This document shows, piece by piece, positions 30,401 through 38,327 of a stretch of 64,000 nt of DNA. Positions within the stretch are counted from its first letter, which is position 1; every line of letters starts with the position of its first letter. A program made the position numbers and the translations under genes. The notes beneath the pieces are model-generated. The model searched no databases and had not been told where the DNA came from. It saw only the letters and a program-made list of their open reading frames with translations. Source of the DNA: a virus (taxonomy: Duplodnaviria > Caudoviricetes); the IMG/VR virus record IMGVR_UViG_3300032132_000748; one strand, 5' to 3'.

Positions 30401-31904
30401 CGATTTCCTCTAATTTGTAGTAGTGATATTTTCCTATATACTCTTTATCGCCTATTCGTTCAAATAAATCAAGAGGGCGGCTATAGGATTTAATAACATG
30501 TTGATAATGTTTAAGATCCATAGGGCTTTTTTCGTCATAATTACTTTTAATTTTATTGGCTAATGACTCCCCTTCTACAAGATACAGATCAAAGCCTGAA
30601 AAGGCTTCCTTCATTTTTAGTAGGGCATAATCCATGTAATGATGGGGCAACTTGAAAAGCCACCGATTTCCCTTGGGATTAACCAGTTGTATTTGAGAGA
30701 CTAATAGTCTCATATCAGTTGCTATAGCAAAACCAATAATTAGAATAGGTTTTCCTCTTTTAGTTATTATGTATGCAAGCTGGTTATCTAGGTAAAATCT
30801 GTCGTAACGATGTGAAAGACCTAAAAGGTCAGTAATTTTTCCTTTTGAATTATAGTGACGAGTATATTTGGTCCGTCCAATCGGGTTCCAAGATCTGGTC
30901 CAATCAATATATGCTTCAAATCCTGCCCCAAAATCAAAAGTGGGGATGGCTTCGAAGGCAGCTACAAGAGTATTCCAGTCTTCTCCTTCGGAGTACTTGG
31001 AATTTTGGCGTAAAGCTATTTTTAATTTTGTTACAAGATCATAATCAGGAGCTGGTGTGGGGTATTTATCGCTGCCAGAACGGTCTCCTTCGTAGGCTTT
31101 AGACATACGGGAATAGGCGTAGATAGAGTAGTAGATTTTTGATAACTCATCGAAACTAAAATCTTTAAACCTAAGAGGGGAGATATTTTCTAAAAAAGCC
31201 TGGGGAGTATCAAAATCTTCTAACTTACCCCAGCCTTTTGCGATAACTCTGAGTTCGGGAGAGGAGACATCTTGAATTGGATCTTTATTTATAGTTTCTG
31301 CAACGGGGGCTAGCTCTTCAACAAAAGACGTTAAGGGTAGCCCTATCTGGGAAACCGGAATTTTGATTTGGGCATAGTCATATAAGTAAACAGCTTCGTT
31401 GAAGAAACCGAACTCTGATTTTCTAAGTTTTCTTTTTTCTTTTGTGCTTCTTACTTTAGTGACCCAAAAATTAATTAGAGAACTATCTCGATGACGGAGT
31501 TTAAACATTTTCCATAGTCTTGATAATTCACCGTTTGTTTTGCTCCAGCGAAAATCTTTTCTCTGTTTGTTTTTCTTTATCTTCTTCGTATATATAGCTA
31601 AGCAGGCATTTCCTCGTTCGTAGTCTAGTGTGATTACTCGATACAGAGCGTCTAAGAAAAATTGGTCCACAATATAATCGTGTTGATATTCTTTGGCTAT
31701 ATATCCATGAACCATTCTAAAACAGTAATTAGGCGCTGGCATGACATTTCTACTTAGAGTATAAAACCCAATAACGTCTTCGGTAAAAACTTGCCTATAC
31801 CTAGTAGGTATTCGACTTAGATCCACCCTAGCTCCGGGGTAATGTATGGCTACACGGACATCTCCGCTCAAGTTTCTACGTTCGGAGAAGTAAATTTCAT
31901 CCAT
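30393..31904 (-). CDS. hypothetical protein
   Basis: 503-aa ORF; TGG-TATCAT 6 nt upstream. Confidence 0.6.
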   Translation of the reverse strand: MDEIYFSERRNLSGDVRVAIHYPGARVDLSRIPTRYRQVFTEDVIGFYTLSRNVMPAPNYCFRMVHGYIAKEYQHDYIVDQFFLDALYRVITLDYERGNACLAIYTKKIKKNKQRKDFRWSKTNGELSRLWKMFKLRHRDSSLINFWVTKVRSTKEKRKLRKSEFGFFNEAVYLYDYAQIKIPVSQIGLPLTSFVEELAPVAETINKDPIQDVSSPELRVIAKGWGKLEDFDTPQAFLENISPLRFKDFSFDELSKIYYSIYAYSRMSKAYEGDRSGSDKYPTPAPDYDLVTKLKIALRQNSKYSEGEDWNTLVAAFEAIPTFDFGAGFEAYIDWTRSWNPIGRTKYTRHYNSKGKITDLLGLSHRYDRFYLDNQLAYIITKRGKPILIIGFAIATDMRLLVSQIQLVNPKGNRWLFKLPHHYMDYALLKMKEAFSGFDLYLVEGESLANKIKSNYDEKSPMDLKHYQHVIKSYSRPLDLFERIGDKEYIGKYHYYKLEEIDG

Positions 31905-32098
31905 CTCTATATGATACCAATTAAGTGTTTGGGTGCTGAGAGCATATTTTTTGATTATTATTTCTACGAAATCTGAGGCTGGAGTCCTAAGTCCTTGGAG
32001 AAGCTCGACTTAAGAAAATTTGGAGTTTGATGACACCGGGAGGCCCCCCGCTAGTCATTGGTAGTGAACAGGGAGTAAAACCTCTGCTCAACAATTAT

Positions 32099-32171
32099 CC
32101 GCTCGTAGCTCAATTAGAAGAGCACCCGGCTGTCTACTGGAAGGTTGCGAGTGCAAGTCTCGTCGAGCGGG
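32099..32171 (+). tRNA. tRNA-Asp(GUC)
   Basis: cloverleaf, CCGCTCG/CGAGCGG acceptor, loop CT-GTC-TA. Confidence 0.85.
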
Positions 32172-32262
32172 TCGTGTTAAAGGTCAGGTGATACTGCATC
32201 TTTATCACAAATGATTGTTCATTTACAATTCGGAAGAGTGTGCGCTGAAAGGCGTACATCAT

Positions 32263-32334
32263 GCACGTCGAGCCATAGTAGTGAGGCGACAGTCTGCAAA
32301 ACTGTATAACCCGGTGCAAGTCCGGGGGCGTGCT
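32263..32334 (+). tRNA. tRNA-Cys(GCA)
   Basis: cloverleaf, loop CT-GCA-AA, U73. Confidence 0.85.
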
Positions 32335-32340
32335 TAATTT

Positions 32341-32412
32341 TGCCTGGTGGTGTAATAGTAGTCACGTTTGGTTTTGAACCAAAAAGCGAAGGAGCGTAAC
32401 CTTCTCGGGCAG
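32341..32412 (+). tRNA. tRNA-Gln(UUG)
   Basis: cloverleaf, U1-A72, loop TT-TTG-AA. Confidence 0.8.
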
Positions 32413-32484
32413 TACCTGGTCGTCTAATTAGTAGGACGCAAGGCTTTGGACTTTGTAATGCTCGTGCGAATCGAGCCCAGGTAG
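32413..32484 (+). tRNA. tRNA-Gln(UUG)
   Basis: cloverleaf, loop CT-TTG-GA. Confidence 0.85.
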
Positions 32485-32488
32485 TTTT

Positions 32489-32559
32489 AGCCCGGTGGTG
32501 TAATAGTATCACTTCTGACTCTGACTTAGACAATGCGCGTGCGAATCGCGCCTGGGCTG
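32489..32559 (+). tRNA. tRNA-Gln(CUG)
   Basis: cloverleaf, loop CT-CTG-AC. Confidence 0.85.
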
Positions 32560-32594
32560 TTGCATATATTTGTATGCTTGTTACTATGCTTCTT

Positions 32595-33002
32595 ATGACT
32601 GACAAAACACAAACTGTAGCTCGATTGTTACGAAAAGGCGTTTGCCATGATTGTGAAGCTAAGCCTGGCGAATACCATGATATGGGTTGCGACGTAGAAC
32701 GTTGTCCTGATTGTGGTGGGCAATTAATAGCTTGTCAGTGTGACGAACCCCGTGAAACCTTCGATGAAGGTGAACGTTTGATTTGGACGGGGGTATGGCC
32801 AGGAACGGAAGAATGTATTGAATATGGATTCTTTAATAAATGGGTCGTAACAGGGACAAGGGAATTTAGGGGTCACACCCTAGAAACAGGAGACTGGATA
32901 CCTTGTGATATTGACGATCCTGACGCCTCGGCTGACCTATGTGAGCTTTCAGAAAAAGCTACATGGGATAGTAACAAGCGCAAATATGTGCTTAACAAAT
33001 AA
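32595..33002 (+). CDS. Cys-rich hypothetical protein
   Basis: CHDC...H..GCDVERCPDCGGQLIACQC. Confidence 0.7.
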   Translation: MTDKTQTVARLLRKGVCHDCEAKPGEYHDMGCDVERCPDCGGQLIACQCDEPRETFDEGERLIWTGVWPGTEECIEYGFFNKWVVTGTREFRGHTLETGDWIPCDIDDPDASADLCELSEKATWDSNKRKYVLNK

Positions 33003-33006
33003 TCCT

Positions 33007-33079
33007 GGGGGATTAGTTTAAACAGGTAAAACACAGCTTTTGCAAGGCTGAGAAAACGGAGCATTACCGTTATCCTCCA
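33007..33079 (+). tRNA. tRNA-Ala(UGC)
   Basis: G3:U70 pair, loop TT-TGC-AA. Confidence 0.85.
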
Positions 33080-33080
33080 T

Positions 33081-33209
33081 ACGGGCCGATTGTTTTCGGT
33101 TATCATTTCCTGAATAGAAAAAGGGGTGGGTTCGACTCCCACGCTCCCCATACGAGGGGAGTTGGTGTACGGTGCATGTAAAAACTACTCGAAGACGCTT
33201 ATTGCTCGT
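33081..33209 (+). ncRNA. Y RNA-like RNA 1 (GAA loop, permuted tRNA module)
   Basis: GGGCCGA/TTGCTC bulged helix, TGTTTTCGG/TCGAAGACG stem, GTTATC, then T-arm, capped acceptor, D-arm. Confidence 0.8.
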
Positions 33210-33214
33210 TATTT

Positions 33215-33287
33215 TCTCCTTTAGCTCAATAGTTAGAGTACCGGTTTGTTAAACCGAGGGATCTGGGTGCAATTCCCAGGGGGAGAG
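33215..33287 (+). tRNA. tRNA-Asn(GUU)
   Basis: cloverleaf, loop TT-GTT-AA. Confidence 0.85.
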
Positions 33288-33345
33288 TTAATATTTTTAA
33301 CAGTAATATTTATCACAAACGTCTTAAATATGTGCAATAAATTTT

Positions 33346-33419
33346 GCCTCCATAGCTCAATTAAGCAGAGCAGCAGGTTTTTACCCTGAAGGTTGAAAGT
33401 GCAATTCTTTCTGGAGGTA
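33346..33419 (+). tRNA. tRNA-Lys(UUU)
   Basis: cloverleaf, loop TT-TTT-AC. Confidence 0.85.
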
Positions 33420-33460
33420 TTGTGTTTAACAAATTGTTTGTTAGACTAATGAAATAACAA

Positions 33461-33528
33461 ATGGGCCGAATGTCTTAGGTTATCTTGACTTGTAATCAAA
33501 CCTCCACCTAAAACAACTTTTTGCTCAT
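33461..33528 (+). ncRNA. Y RNA-like RNA 2 (minimal; UGU anticodon hairpin)
   Basis: ATGGGCCGAA...TTGCTCAT, TGTCTTAGG/CCTAAAACA stem, TTGA-CTTGTAA-TCAA hairpin. Confidence 0.75.
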
Positions 33529-33538
33529 TACTACACTA

Positions 33539-33619
33539 GCCGGTGTGGTGGAACGGCAGACACGCGACATTTAGGATGTCGTGCCTTAGGGCGTGGGGGT
33601 TCAAATCCCTTCACCGGCA
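33539..33619 (+). tRNA. tRNA-Leu(UAG)
   Basis: long variable arm, loop TT-TAG-GA, canonical TTC T-loop. Confidence 0.92.
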
Positions 33620-33621
33620 TA

Positions 33622-34140
33622 ATGCGAGAATCTAAATATACAAAGAAATTACTTGCTCCGATGGTTAAAAGAGCGACATCTATTGCAGAAGTTTTAGACG
33701 AGCTTTGTCTCAAACCCTCAGGAGGAAATTATAGAAATATTAAAGGGCACATTGTAAGACATAACATAGATATATCTCATTTTACAGGTCAAGCCTGGAG
33801 TAGAGGTAAAACTGTTGAAACTTCACCAGCAGTTAAGCGAATAACTAGACTTATATCCTATAAAGATTCTGAAATTTTCAAAAAAAATACCAATTGGAAC
33901 AACAGAGAGCTAATAAAACGTCTCTTTAAAGATGGAAAGAAATATGCATGTGAAATTAAAAAATGTCCTTTGTATGGCCAAGAAACCCCTGAATGGGCTG
34001 AAAAGAAACTAACTTTACATCTTGATCATATCGATGGTAATAAAACAAATAATGAAAAAGAAAACTTAAGATTTATTTGTCCAAATTGTCATCAACAAAC
34101 CCCTACTTGGGGTAACAGTAAGGCTTCGTGGCAGACTTAG
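33622..34140 (+). CDS. HNH homing endonuclease
   Basis: LHLDHIDGNKTNNEKENLRFICPNCHQQTPTW. Confidence 0.9.
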   Translation: MRESKYTKKLLAPMVKRATSIAEVLDELCLKPSGGNYRNIKGHIVRHNIDISHFTGQAWSRGKTVETSPAVKRITRLISYKDSEIFKKNTNWNNRELIKRLFKDGKKYACEIKKCPLYGQETPEWAEKKLTLHLDHIDGNKTNNEKENLRFICPNCHQQTPTWGNSKASWQT

Positions 34141-34204
34141 TAATGCACCAGACTCTTAATCTGGGATCGAAAGATCAATGTGGGTGCGAACCCCACCGAA
34201 GTTA
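34122..34204 (+). tRNA. tRNA with Lys(CUU) anticodon and long variable arm
   Basis: loop CT-CTT-AA, GATC-GAAA-GATC extra arm, 3-bp D stem. Confidence 0.8.
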
Positions 34205-34210
34205 TAAAAA

Positions 34211-34272
34211 GCGGGCCGCTAATATTCGGTTATCTATTTTGAAGAAACCCCCGAATATATTCTTTTGCTCGT
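34211..34272 (+). ncRNA. Y RNA-like RNA 3 (minimal; UUG loop)
   Basis: GCGGGCCG...TTGCTCGT, ATATTCGG/CCGAATAT stem, GTTATC. Confidence 0.7.
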
Positions 34273-34283
34273 AATAAAATAAA

Positions 34284-34357
34284 CGGAGAGTAGCGTAGTC
34301 TGGTATCGCGCTGCGTTTGGGACGCAGAGATCGCAGGTTCAAATCCTGTCTCTCCGA
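34284..34357 (+). tRNA. tRNA-Pro(UGG)
   Basis: canonical cloverleaf, loop TT-TGG-GA. Confidence 0.92.
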
Positions 34358-34360
34358 ATT

Positions 34361-34444
34361 GGATCATAAACTTGACAAGGGTCAGGCGCGGTTTTGAAAA
34401 CCGATGGTGCTGAAAGGTATGGGGTGCAAGTCCTCTGTGATCCG
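34361..34444 (+). tRNA. tRNA-Ser(UGA)
   Basis: GGA start, long variable arm, G73, loop TT-TGA-AA. Confidence 0.8.
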
Positions 34445-34446
34445 TA

Positions 34447-34546
34447 ATGGGCCGAATGTTTTTGGTTATCTAATTGGCAAAGAACCCTGGTTTAACAGGG
34501 AAAGAAGGTTCAAATCCTTCATACTTCAAAAACACCATTTGCTCAT
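34447..34546 (+). ncRNA. Y RNA-like RNA 4 (GGC/D-like loop, extra hairpin, T-arm)
   Basis: ATGGGCCGAA...TTGCTCAT, TGTTTTTGG/TCAAAAACA stem, GAAGG-TTCAAAT-CCTTC T-arm. Confidence 0.75.
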
Positions 34547-34549
34547 ATT

Positions 34550-34639
34550 GGAAACGATCCGGTTAGATGAGGAGCATGTTTGCTAAACATGTAATGCTTA
34601 CGTGAGTAGGTATTGGGGGTGCGAATCCCTCCGTTTCCG
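34550..34639 (+). tRNA. tRNA-Ser(GCU)
   Basis: long variable arm, loop TT-GCT-AA. Confidence 0.85.
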
Positions 34640-34701
34640 TTAAGTTTGTTGTCTTTATACATTATTTTGTATAATTAAACCTCTTTAAGAGGTTAATTAT
34701 C

Positions 34702-34968
34702 ATGGCAAGCCCGACAGCAATAGCAGCAGCAAAAAAAGAACTAGCAGAAGCAACATTGGCAATGAATGTGCCGTCTTGCACTCAGGGACCCGCACAAGGA
34801 TTACCAGCGGTTGTTTGTAATCCAGCTCTAGCTGCGAAAACAGAACAAGCAGGAAAGAAACTTGCAGCCCTTATGGGTGGCGGCGGTCATATGAAAATGA
34901 TTCTTCTTACTGTGGCTGTAGCAGCGGGTATCGGCGGCTTCCTTTGGTGGAAGAAAAAGAAATCGTAG
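34702..34968 (+). CDS. small tail-anchored membrane protein
   Basis: LMGGGG, then TM and WWKKKKS; TATAAT and AGAGG RBS. Confidence 0.65.
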   Translation: MASPTAIAAAKKELAEATLAMNVPSCTQGPAQGLPAVVCNPALAAKTEQAGKKLAALMGGGGHMKMILLTVAVAAGIGGFLWWKKKKS

Positions 34969-35004
34969 TATTGACTCCTCGATTATCCCTGTTAATTTAG
35001 GTGT

Positions 35005-35361
35005 ATGAAATCACCGAAAATCGACTCCATCGAGTGGGGTCAAATCAAAGTAAACGAACAAACTTTTAAAGATGTCAGACTATTCCCCGGAGGAGTAGAA
35101 GGCTGGGATTGGCGAAAAACAGACACGCATCACAGGCCCGGCATTCAGATTGCTGATCTTGAAGGGTTAATGGATGCAGATATTGTTGTTCTAAGTAAAG
35201 GTTTCAAAGGTTGTCTGTGTTGCATGGATGAGACAATTAAGCATCTAGAAGATGCCGGAAAGATTGTTTATCACGAAGAAACAAAAGAAGCGGTAGAGAC
35301 ATATAACTCATTTGTTGAAAATGAAAGTAAAGTGTCAGCTTTAATTCACTCTACTTGCTAA
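35005..35361 (+). CDS. Mth938-like (DUF498/AAMDC) protein
   Basis: SPKIDSIEWG..FKD..LFPGG..WDWRKTDTHHRPGIQ...EAVETYN...ALIHSTC. Confidence 0.85.
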   Translation: MKSPKIDSIEWGQIKVNEQTFKDVRLFPGGVEGWDWRKTDTHHRPGIQIADLEGLMDADIVVLSKGFKGCLCCMDETIKHLEDAGKIVYHEETKEAVETYNSFVENESKVSALIHSTC

Positions 35362-35365
35362 AAAT

Positions 35366-35449
35366 GGACAGTAGACCAGATGGGATCTGGCCTCGCTTGG
35401 AAAGCGAGTGGTGCCCTAGCGGCATGAGGATCGAGACCTCTGTTGTCCG
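35366..35449 (+). tRNA. tRNA-Ser(GGA)
   Basis: long variable arm, loop TT-GGA-AA. Confidence 0.82.
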
Positions 35450-35500
35450 AAATTAGTTGACAGGACTCTTCGAGTTCTGAGTCATCTAAATAACAAGCTT

Positions 35501-35571
35501 GGGTCCATAGTGTAACAGCAGCATACCGGCTTCCAAACCCGTTGGTGAGGGTGCAAATCCTTCTGGACTCG
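35501..35571 (+). tRNA. tRNA-Trp(CCA)
   Basis: loop TT-CCA-AA, G73; weak anticodon stem. Confidence 0.75.
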
Positions 35572-35578
35572 TTATTTA

Positions 35579-35650
35579 GGGTGCGTGGTGTAACAGCTAG
35601 CACTAGAGCCTGAAAAACTCTCGGAGAAGGTGCAATTCCTTCCGTGCCCA
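35579..35650 (+). tRNA. tRNA-Phe(GAA)
   Basis: cloverleaf, loop CT-GAA-AA. Confidence 0.85.
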
Positions 35651-35696
35651 ATTAATCAAACCCATCCTTAAAGGAGGATACTATGAGGAGAATTGA

Positions 35697-35972
35697 AACA
35701 AGAAATTAAAAGAGATCCGCTTCCGACCACGGATAGCGGATCATGATCTGAAGATCAGGGTGAAACAAGCCAAGAACTTCCTAGATAAAGGTCACCGAGT
35801 AAAGGTAACCGTAATATTTTGGGGTAGAAAGTTTTCAGACCGTAAGCATTTTATGAAAGATGCTGAACAACGGTTGAAAGTGTTCGAAAGTCTTGGTAAA
35901 GTGGTGTCACCCGTGAAGATGAACGGATCAAATTACTCAATGATACTTGAGTCAGTCAAGAAGAAAGAGTAA
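35697..35972 (+). CDS. infC: translation initiation factor IF3, C-terminal domain only; homology begins upstream of the first in-frame start
   Basis: frame reads KEIRFRPRIADHDLKIRVKQAKNFLDKGHRVKVTVIFWGR; in-frame TGA at 35694. Confidence 0.8.
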   Translation, partial: NKKLKEIRFRPRIADHDLKIRVKQAKNFLDKGHRVKVTVIFWGRKFSDRKHFMKDAEQRLKVFESLGKVVSPVKMNGSNYSMILESVKKKE

Positions 35973-35980
35973 TACATGTT

Positions 35981-36052
35981 GGCCCTATCGTCTAGCAGTT
36001 AGGATACTAGTTTCTCGAACTAGTGACGCCGGTGCAAATCCGGCTGGGGTTA
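35981..36052 (+). tRNA. tRNA-Glu(CUC)
   Basis: cloverleaf, loop TT-CTC-GA. Confidence 0.85.
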
Positions 36053-36060
36053 TTAAAATT

Positions 36061-36136
36061 GGGTGCGTGGCCAAACTGGATAAGGCATCTCGCTACGAAC
36101 GAGAAGATTTTGCAGGTTCGAATCCTGCCGTGCTCA
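36061..36136 (+). tRNA. tRNA-Arg(ACG)
   Basis: canonical cloverleaf, loop CT-ACG-AA. Confidence 0.9.
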
Positions 36137-36147
36137 TATAAAAACAC

Positions 36148-36220
36148 GCTCCTAAAGCATAAGTAGTGATGTGCCTGTCTTGTAAGCAGGAAAACGTGGG
36201 TGCAAATCCCCGTGGGAGCT
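36148..36220 (+). tRNA. tRNA-Thr(UGU)
   Basis: cloverleaf, loop CT-TGT-AA. Confidence 0.82.
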
Positions 36221-36223
36221 TTT

Positions 36224-36294
36224 GGGTCCTTAGTGAAGTAGAATCACGCTAGGTTTCGAACCTTGTATCGAGGGTGCAAATCCTTCAGGACCTA
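36224..36294 (+). tRNA. tRNA-Arg(UCG)
   Basis: cloverleaf, loop TT-TCG-AA. Confidence 0.85.
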
Positions 36295-36303
36295 TTAATA
36301 CTC

Positions 36304-36375
36304 GCCTCCGTGGTGTAACAGAAGCACGCTTCTCTTCTAAAGAAGATGGTTCGGGTGCAAATCCTGACGGGGGTA
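36304..36375 (+). tRNA. tRNA-Arg(UCU)
   Basis: cloverleaf, loop CT-TCT-AA. Confidence 0.85.
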
Positions 36376-36381
36376 TTAAAT

Positions 36382-36452
36382 GCGGGATTGATGTAGCAGT
36401 AGCATGACATCCTTCCAAGTTGTTCGCACGGGTGCAAATCCCGTATCCCGCT
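36382..36452 (+). tRNA. tRNA-Gly(UCC)
   Basis: GCG start, U73, loop CT-TCC-AA. Confidence 0.85.
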
Positions 36453-36470
36453 TTTTGGTATAATGTTTTC

Positions 36471-36803
36471 ATGGGCTATGAAGCATTCGGTAACTTTGGA
36501 AGAACTCCTGAAGAAGTAATAGAAACCGCAAAGAAACAAAAGAAAATAGAGACTGCCGCAAGAGCGGTTTTACATCCTCTTTCTACTATTGTTTCAGGAA
36601 CAGCTAAAGTAGCTGGAGGAAACGGAAAACCTGTTGATGAGGAGCTTTATATTAAGGCCATTATTATCAAAATAATGAAAGACAAAGGTCTTCATCCTCA
36701 TGCTTCACTAGAAGATTTAATTCGCAAAACAGTTAAACAAGTAATGCGAGAAGAATCAGCAGGGCATCCTCATTGGAAACATCCAACGCTAAAAAGAAAA
36801 TAA
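36471..36803 (+). CDS. hypothetical protein
   Basis: ATG 6 nt after TGG-TATAAT; MGYEAFGNFG start. Confidence 0.6.
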   Translation: MGYEAFGNFGRTPEEVIETAKKQKKIETAARAVLHPLSTIVSGTAKVAGGNGKPVDEELYIKAIIIKIMKDKGLHPHASLEDLIRKTVKQVMREESAGHPHWKHPTLKRK

Positions 36804-36806
36804 TTT

Positions 36807-36878
36807 GGGTCTATAGTGTAATAGATAACATGTTTCTCTCCTAAAGAAACGATCTGGGTGCGACTCCCGGTAGACCTA
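36807..36878 (+). tRNA. tRNA-Arg(CCU)
   Basis: cloverleaf, loop CT-CCT-AA. Confidence 0.85.
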
Positions 36879-36879
36879 T

Positions 36880-37013
36880 TGATGGGCCGATAATTGTCAG
36901 TTATCGTTATCATAAAACCAAGGCGACGGTTCGATTCCGTCCCCCGCGATTCGTAGCGGGGTGGAGTAATGGCAGCTCGTGAAAAACACTTGACAGTGAC
37001 CCTTTGCTCATCA
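36880..37013 (+). ncRNA. Y RNA-like RNA 5 (CAU loop, permuted initiator-tRNA-like module)
   Basis: TGATGGGCCGA...TTGCTCATCA, ATTGTCAG/TTGACAGT stem; TCATAA, T-arm, CCCCGC/GCGGGG, D-arm. Confidence 0.82.
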
Positions 37014-37028
37014 GTCATATACATACAA

Positions 37029-37114
37029 GCTAGCGTGGCGTAATTAGCAGGCGCGGAAGGCTTAAACCCTTCTGGGAGTTAAATCCCGTGCAGGTGCAAA
37101 TCCTGTCGCTAGCA
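37029..37114 (+). tRNA. tRNA-Leu(UAA)
   Basis: long variable arm, loop CT-TAA-AC. Confidence 0.87.
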
Positions 37115-37240
37115 TTTGATGGGCCGAATTGTTTTCGGTTATCGCATTCCAAGCCGGAAGTCAGGGCGCGAATCCCTGCTTTGTAGTGTAATAGTAGCAC
37201 GCCGTAAAAAACGTCGAAGACGCATTTATTGCTCATCAAA
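37115..37240 (+). ncRNA. Y RNA-like RNA 6 (UCC loop, permuted module lacking acceptor stem)
   Basis: TTTGATGGGCCGAA...TTGCTCATCAAA; T-arm CAGGG/CCCTG then D-arm GTGT/GCAC. Confidence 0.8.
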
Positions 37241-37244
37241 ACCA

Positions 37245-37317
37245 CCTGGGTAGGTGTAATTAGAAGTCACGCGTATCTGTGGAATACGAGGATTGGGTGC
37301 AAACCCCAGACCCAGGA
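37245..37317 (+). tRNA. tRNA-His(GUG)
   Basis: loop CT-GTG-GA; A at -1 and at 73. Confidence 0.8.
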
Positions 37318-37320
37318 TAA

Positions 37321-37391
37321 GCCCGATTAGTTCAATAGTAGAATGTATGTGTGACTTACATAAGACAAAGGTGCGATTCCTTTATCGGGCA
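37321..37391 (+). tRNA. tRNA-Val(GAC)
   Basis: cloverleaf, loop GT-GAC-TT. Confidence 0.8.
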
Positions 37392-37411
37392 TGATATGTT
37401 ATTCTTTAGAT

Positions 37412-38068
37412 ATGCTTTGCGAGAATTGTAAAAAATATTCCTATAAAGGACCGCTTCCTAACTGTGGGGTGTGCCCTAAATCAGAATTTACTCCAAATCT
37501 ATTTATTAGAATTCCAAAAACGGCTAGTGTTTCTATTCATGTGGTGCCAGGCATTGATGCCTACCACAAAGTTGTGTCAGGAATAGGGCATAATACTGCC
37601 GAACAACTTAAGGAGTTTCTTGGAGAGGATCTATACAACTCGCGGTTCACCTTTGCTATAGCCAGAAATCCTTATGACCGACTGGTAAGTGCTTACCACT
37701 ATTTTGTTCAAAAAGCCGCCCGTAAATGGTCCAAAGCCCTTGCTAAAGAATTCCCAACATTCAAAAGTTTTTGCTATCAATTTAATAGGGAAAAATACGA
37801 AGGTGAGAGGCAACAGTTTAGATTACAAAAAGAATTTGTTGTTGATAAGAATGATGAAGTAATTGTTGATTACATTGGGAGGTTTGAGTCCTTACACCAA
37901 TCCTGGGAAGTAATTAAAAAAAGGCTCAATTTGAGTGACAGTTTAGACCACCTAAACAAGTCTAAACATAAGGCATGGCAGTCATATTATGACGAAAAAT
38001 GTCAGGATATAGTTTATAGAAGCTACAAAGAAGATTTTGAGTTTTTTGGCTATCCGGAAAAAATATAG
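37412..38068 (+). CDS. sulfotransferase (Sulfotransfer_2-like)
   Basis: FIRIPKTASVSI, RNPYDRLVSAY, DYIGRFESL, DFEFFGY. Confidence 0.85.
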   Translation: MLCENCKKYSYKGPLPNCGVCPKSEFTPNLFIRIPKTASVSIHVVPGIDAYHKVVSGIGHNTAEQLKEFLGEDLYNSRFTFAIARNPYDRLVSAYHYFVQKAARKWSKALAKEFPTFKSFCYQFNREKYEGERQQFRLQKEFVVDKNDEVIVDYIGRFESLHQSWEVIKKRLNLSDSLDHLNKSKHKAWQSYYDEKCQDIVYRSYKEDFEFFGYPEKI

Positions 38069-38139
38069 CGGCCTATAGTAGAGAAGCAGCACGCTTGTTT
38101 TACACGCAAGAAAAGATGGAGCGTTACCATCTAGGCCGA
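38069..38139 (+). tRNA. tRNA-Val(UAC)
   Basis: cloverleaf, loop TT-TAC-AC. Confidence 0.8.
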
Positions 38140-38142
38140 TAT

Positions 38143-38216
38143 TGGTGTTTCGTCTAATTGGTAAAGATCCTGTGCTCATAACACAGATAATCTCGGTTCG
38201 AGTCCGAGGGCACCAA
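38143..38216 (+). tRNA. tRNA-Met/Ile2(CAU)
   Basis: canonical cloverleaf, loop CT-CAT-AA. Confidence 0.85.
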
Positions 38217-38221
38217 ACTAC

Positions 38222-38294
38222 GCCCCTGTAGTATAATAGATAATTACAAGTCTTTGGTAAGGACTAGACCCGCGTGCAATTCGCGGCAGGGGCT
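38222..38294 (+). tRNA. tRNA-Thr(GGU)
   Basis: cloverleaf, loop TT-GGT-AA. Confidence 0.82.
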
Positions 38295-38327
38295 TGATGA
38301 TATTATCATAAAAGCTATAAAGCTATT

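Noticed and set aside
32025-32260. Hairpins around the first tRNA as a further ncRNA
   Set aside because: Single-copy stems with no recognisable motif; may be leader or processing structures, so support is insufficient.
32341-32559. Stop-codon reassignment suggested by three Gln tRNAs
   Set aside because: None has a CUA or UUA anticodon, and conserved genes (dnaK, the MTase, wbqC) end at TAG at expected lengths.
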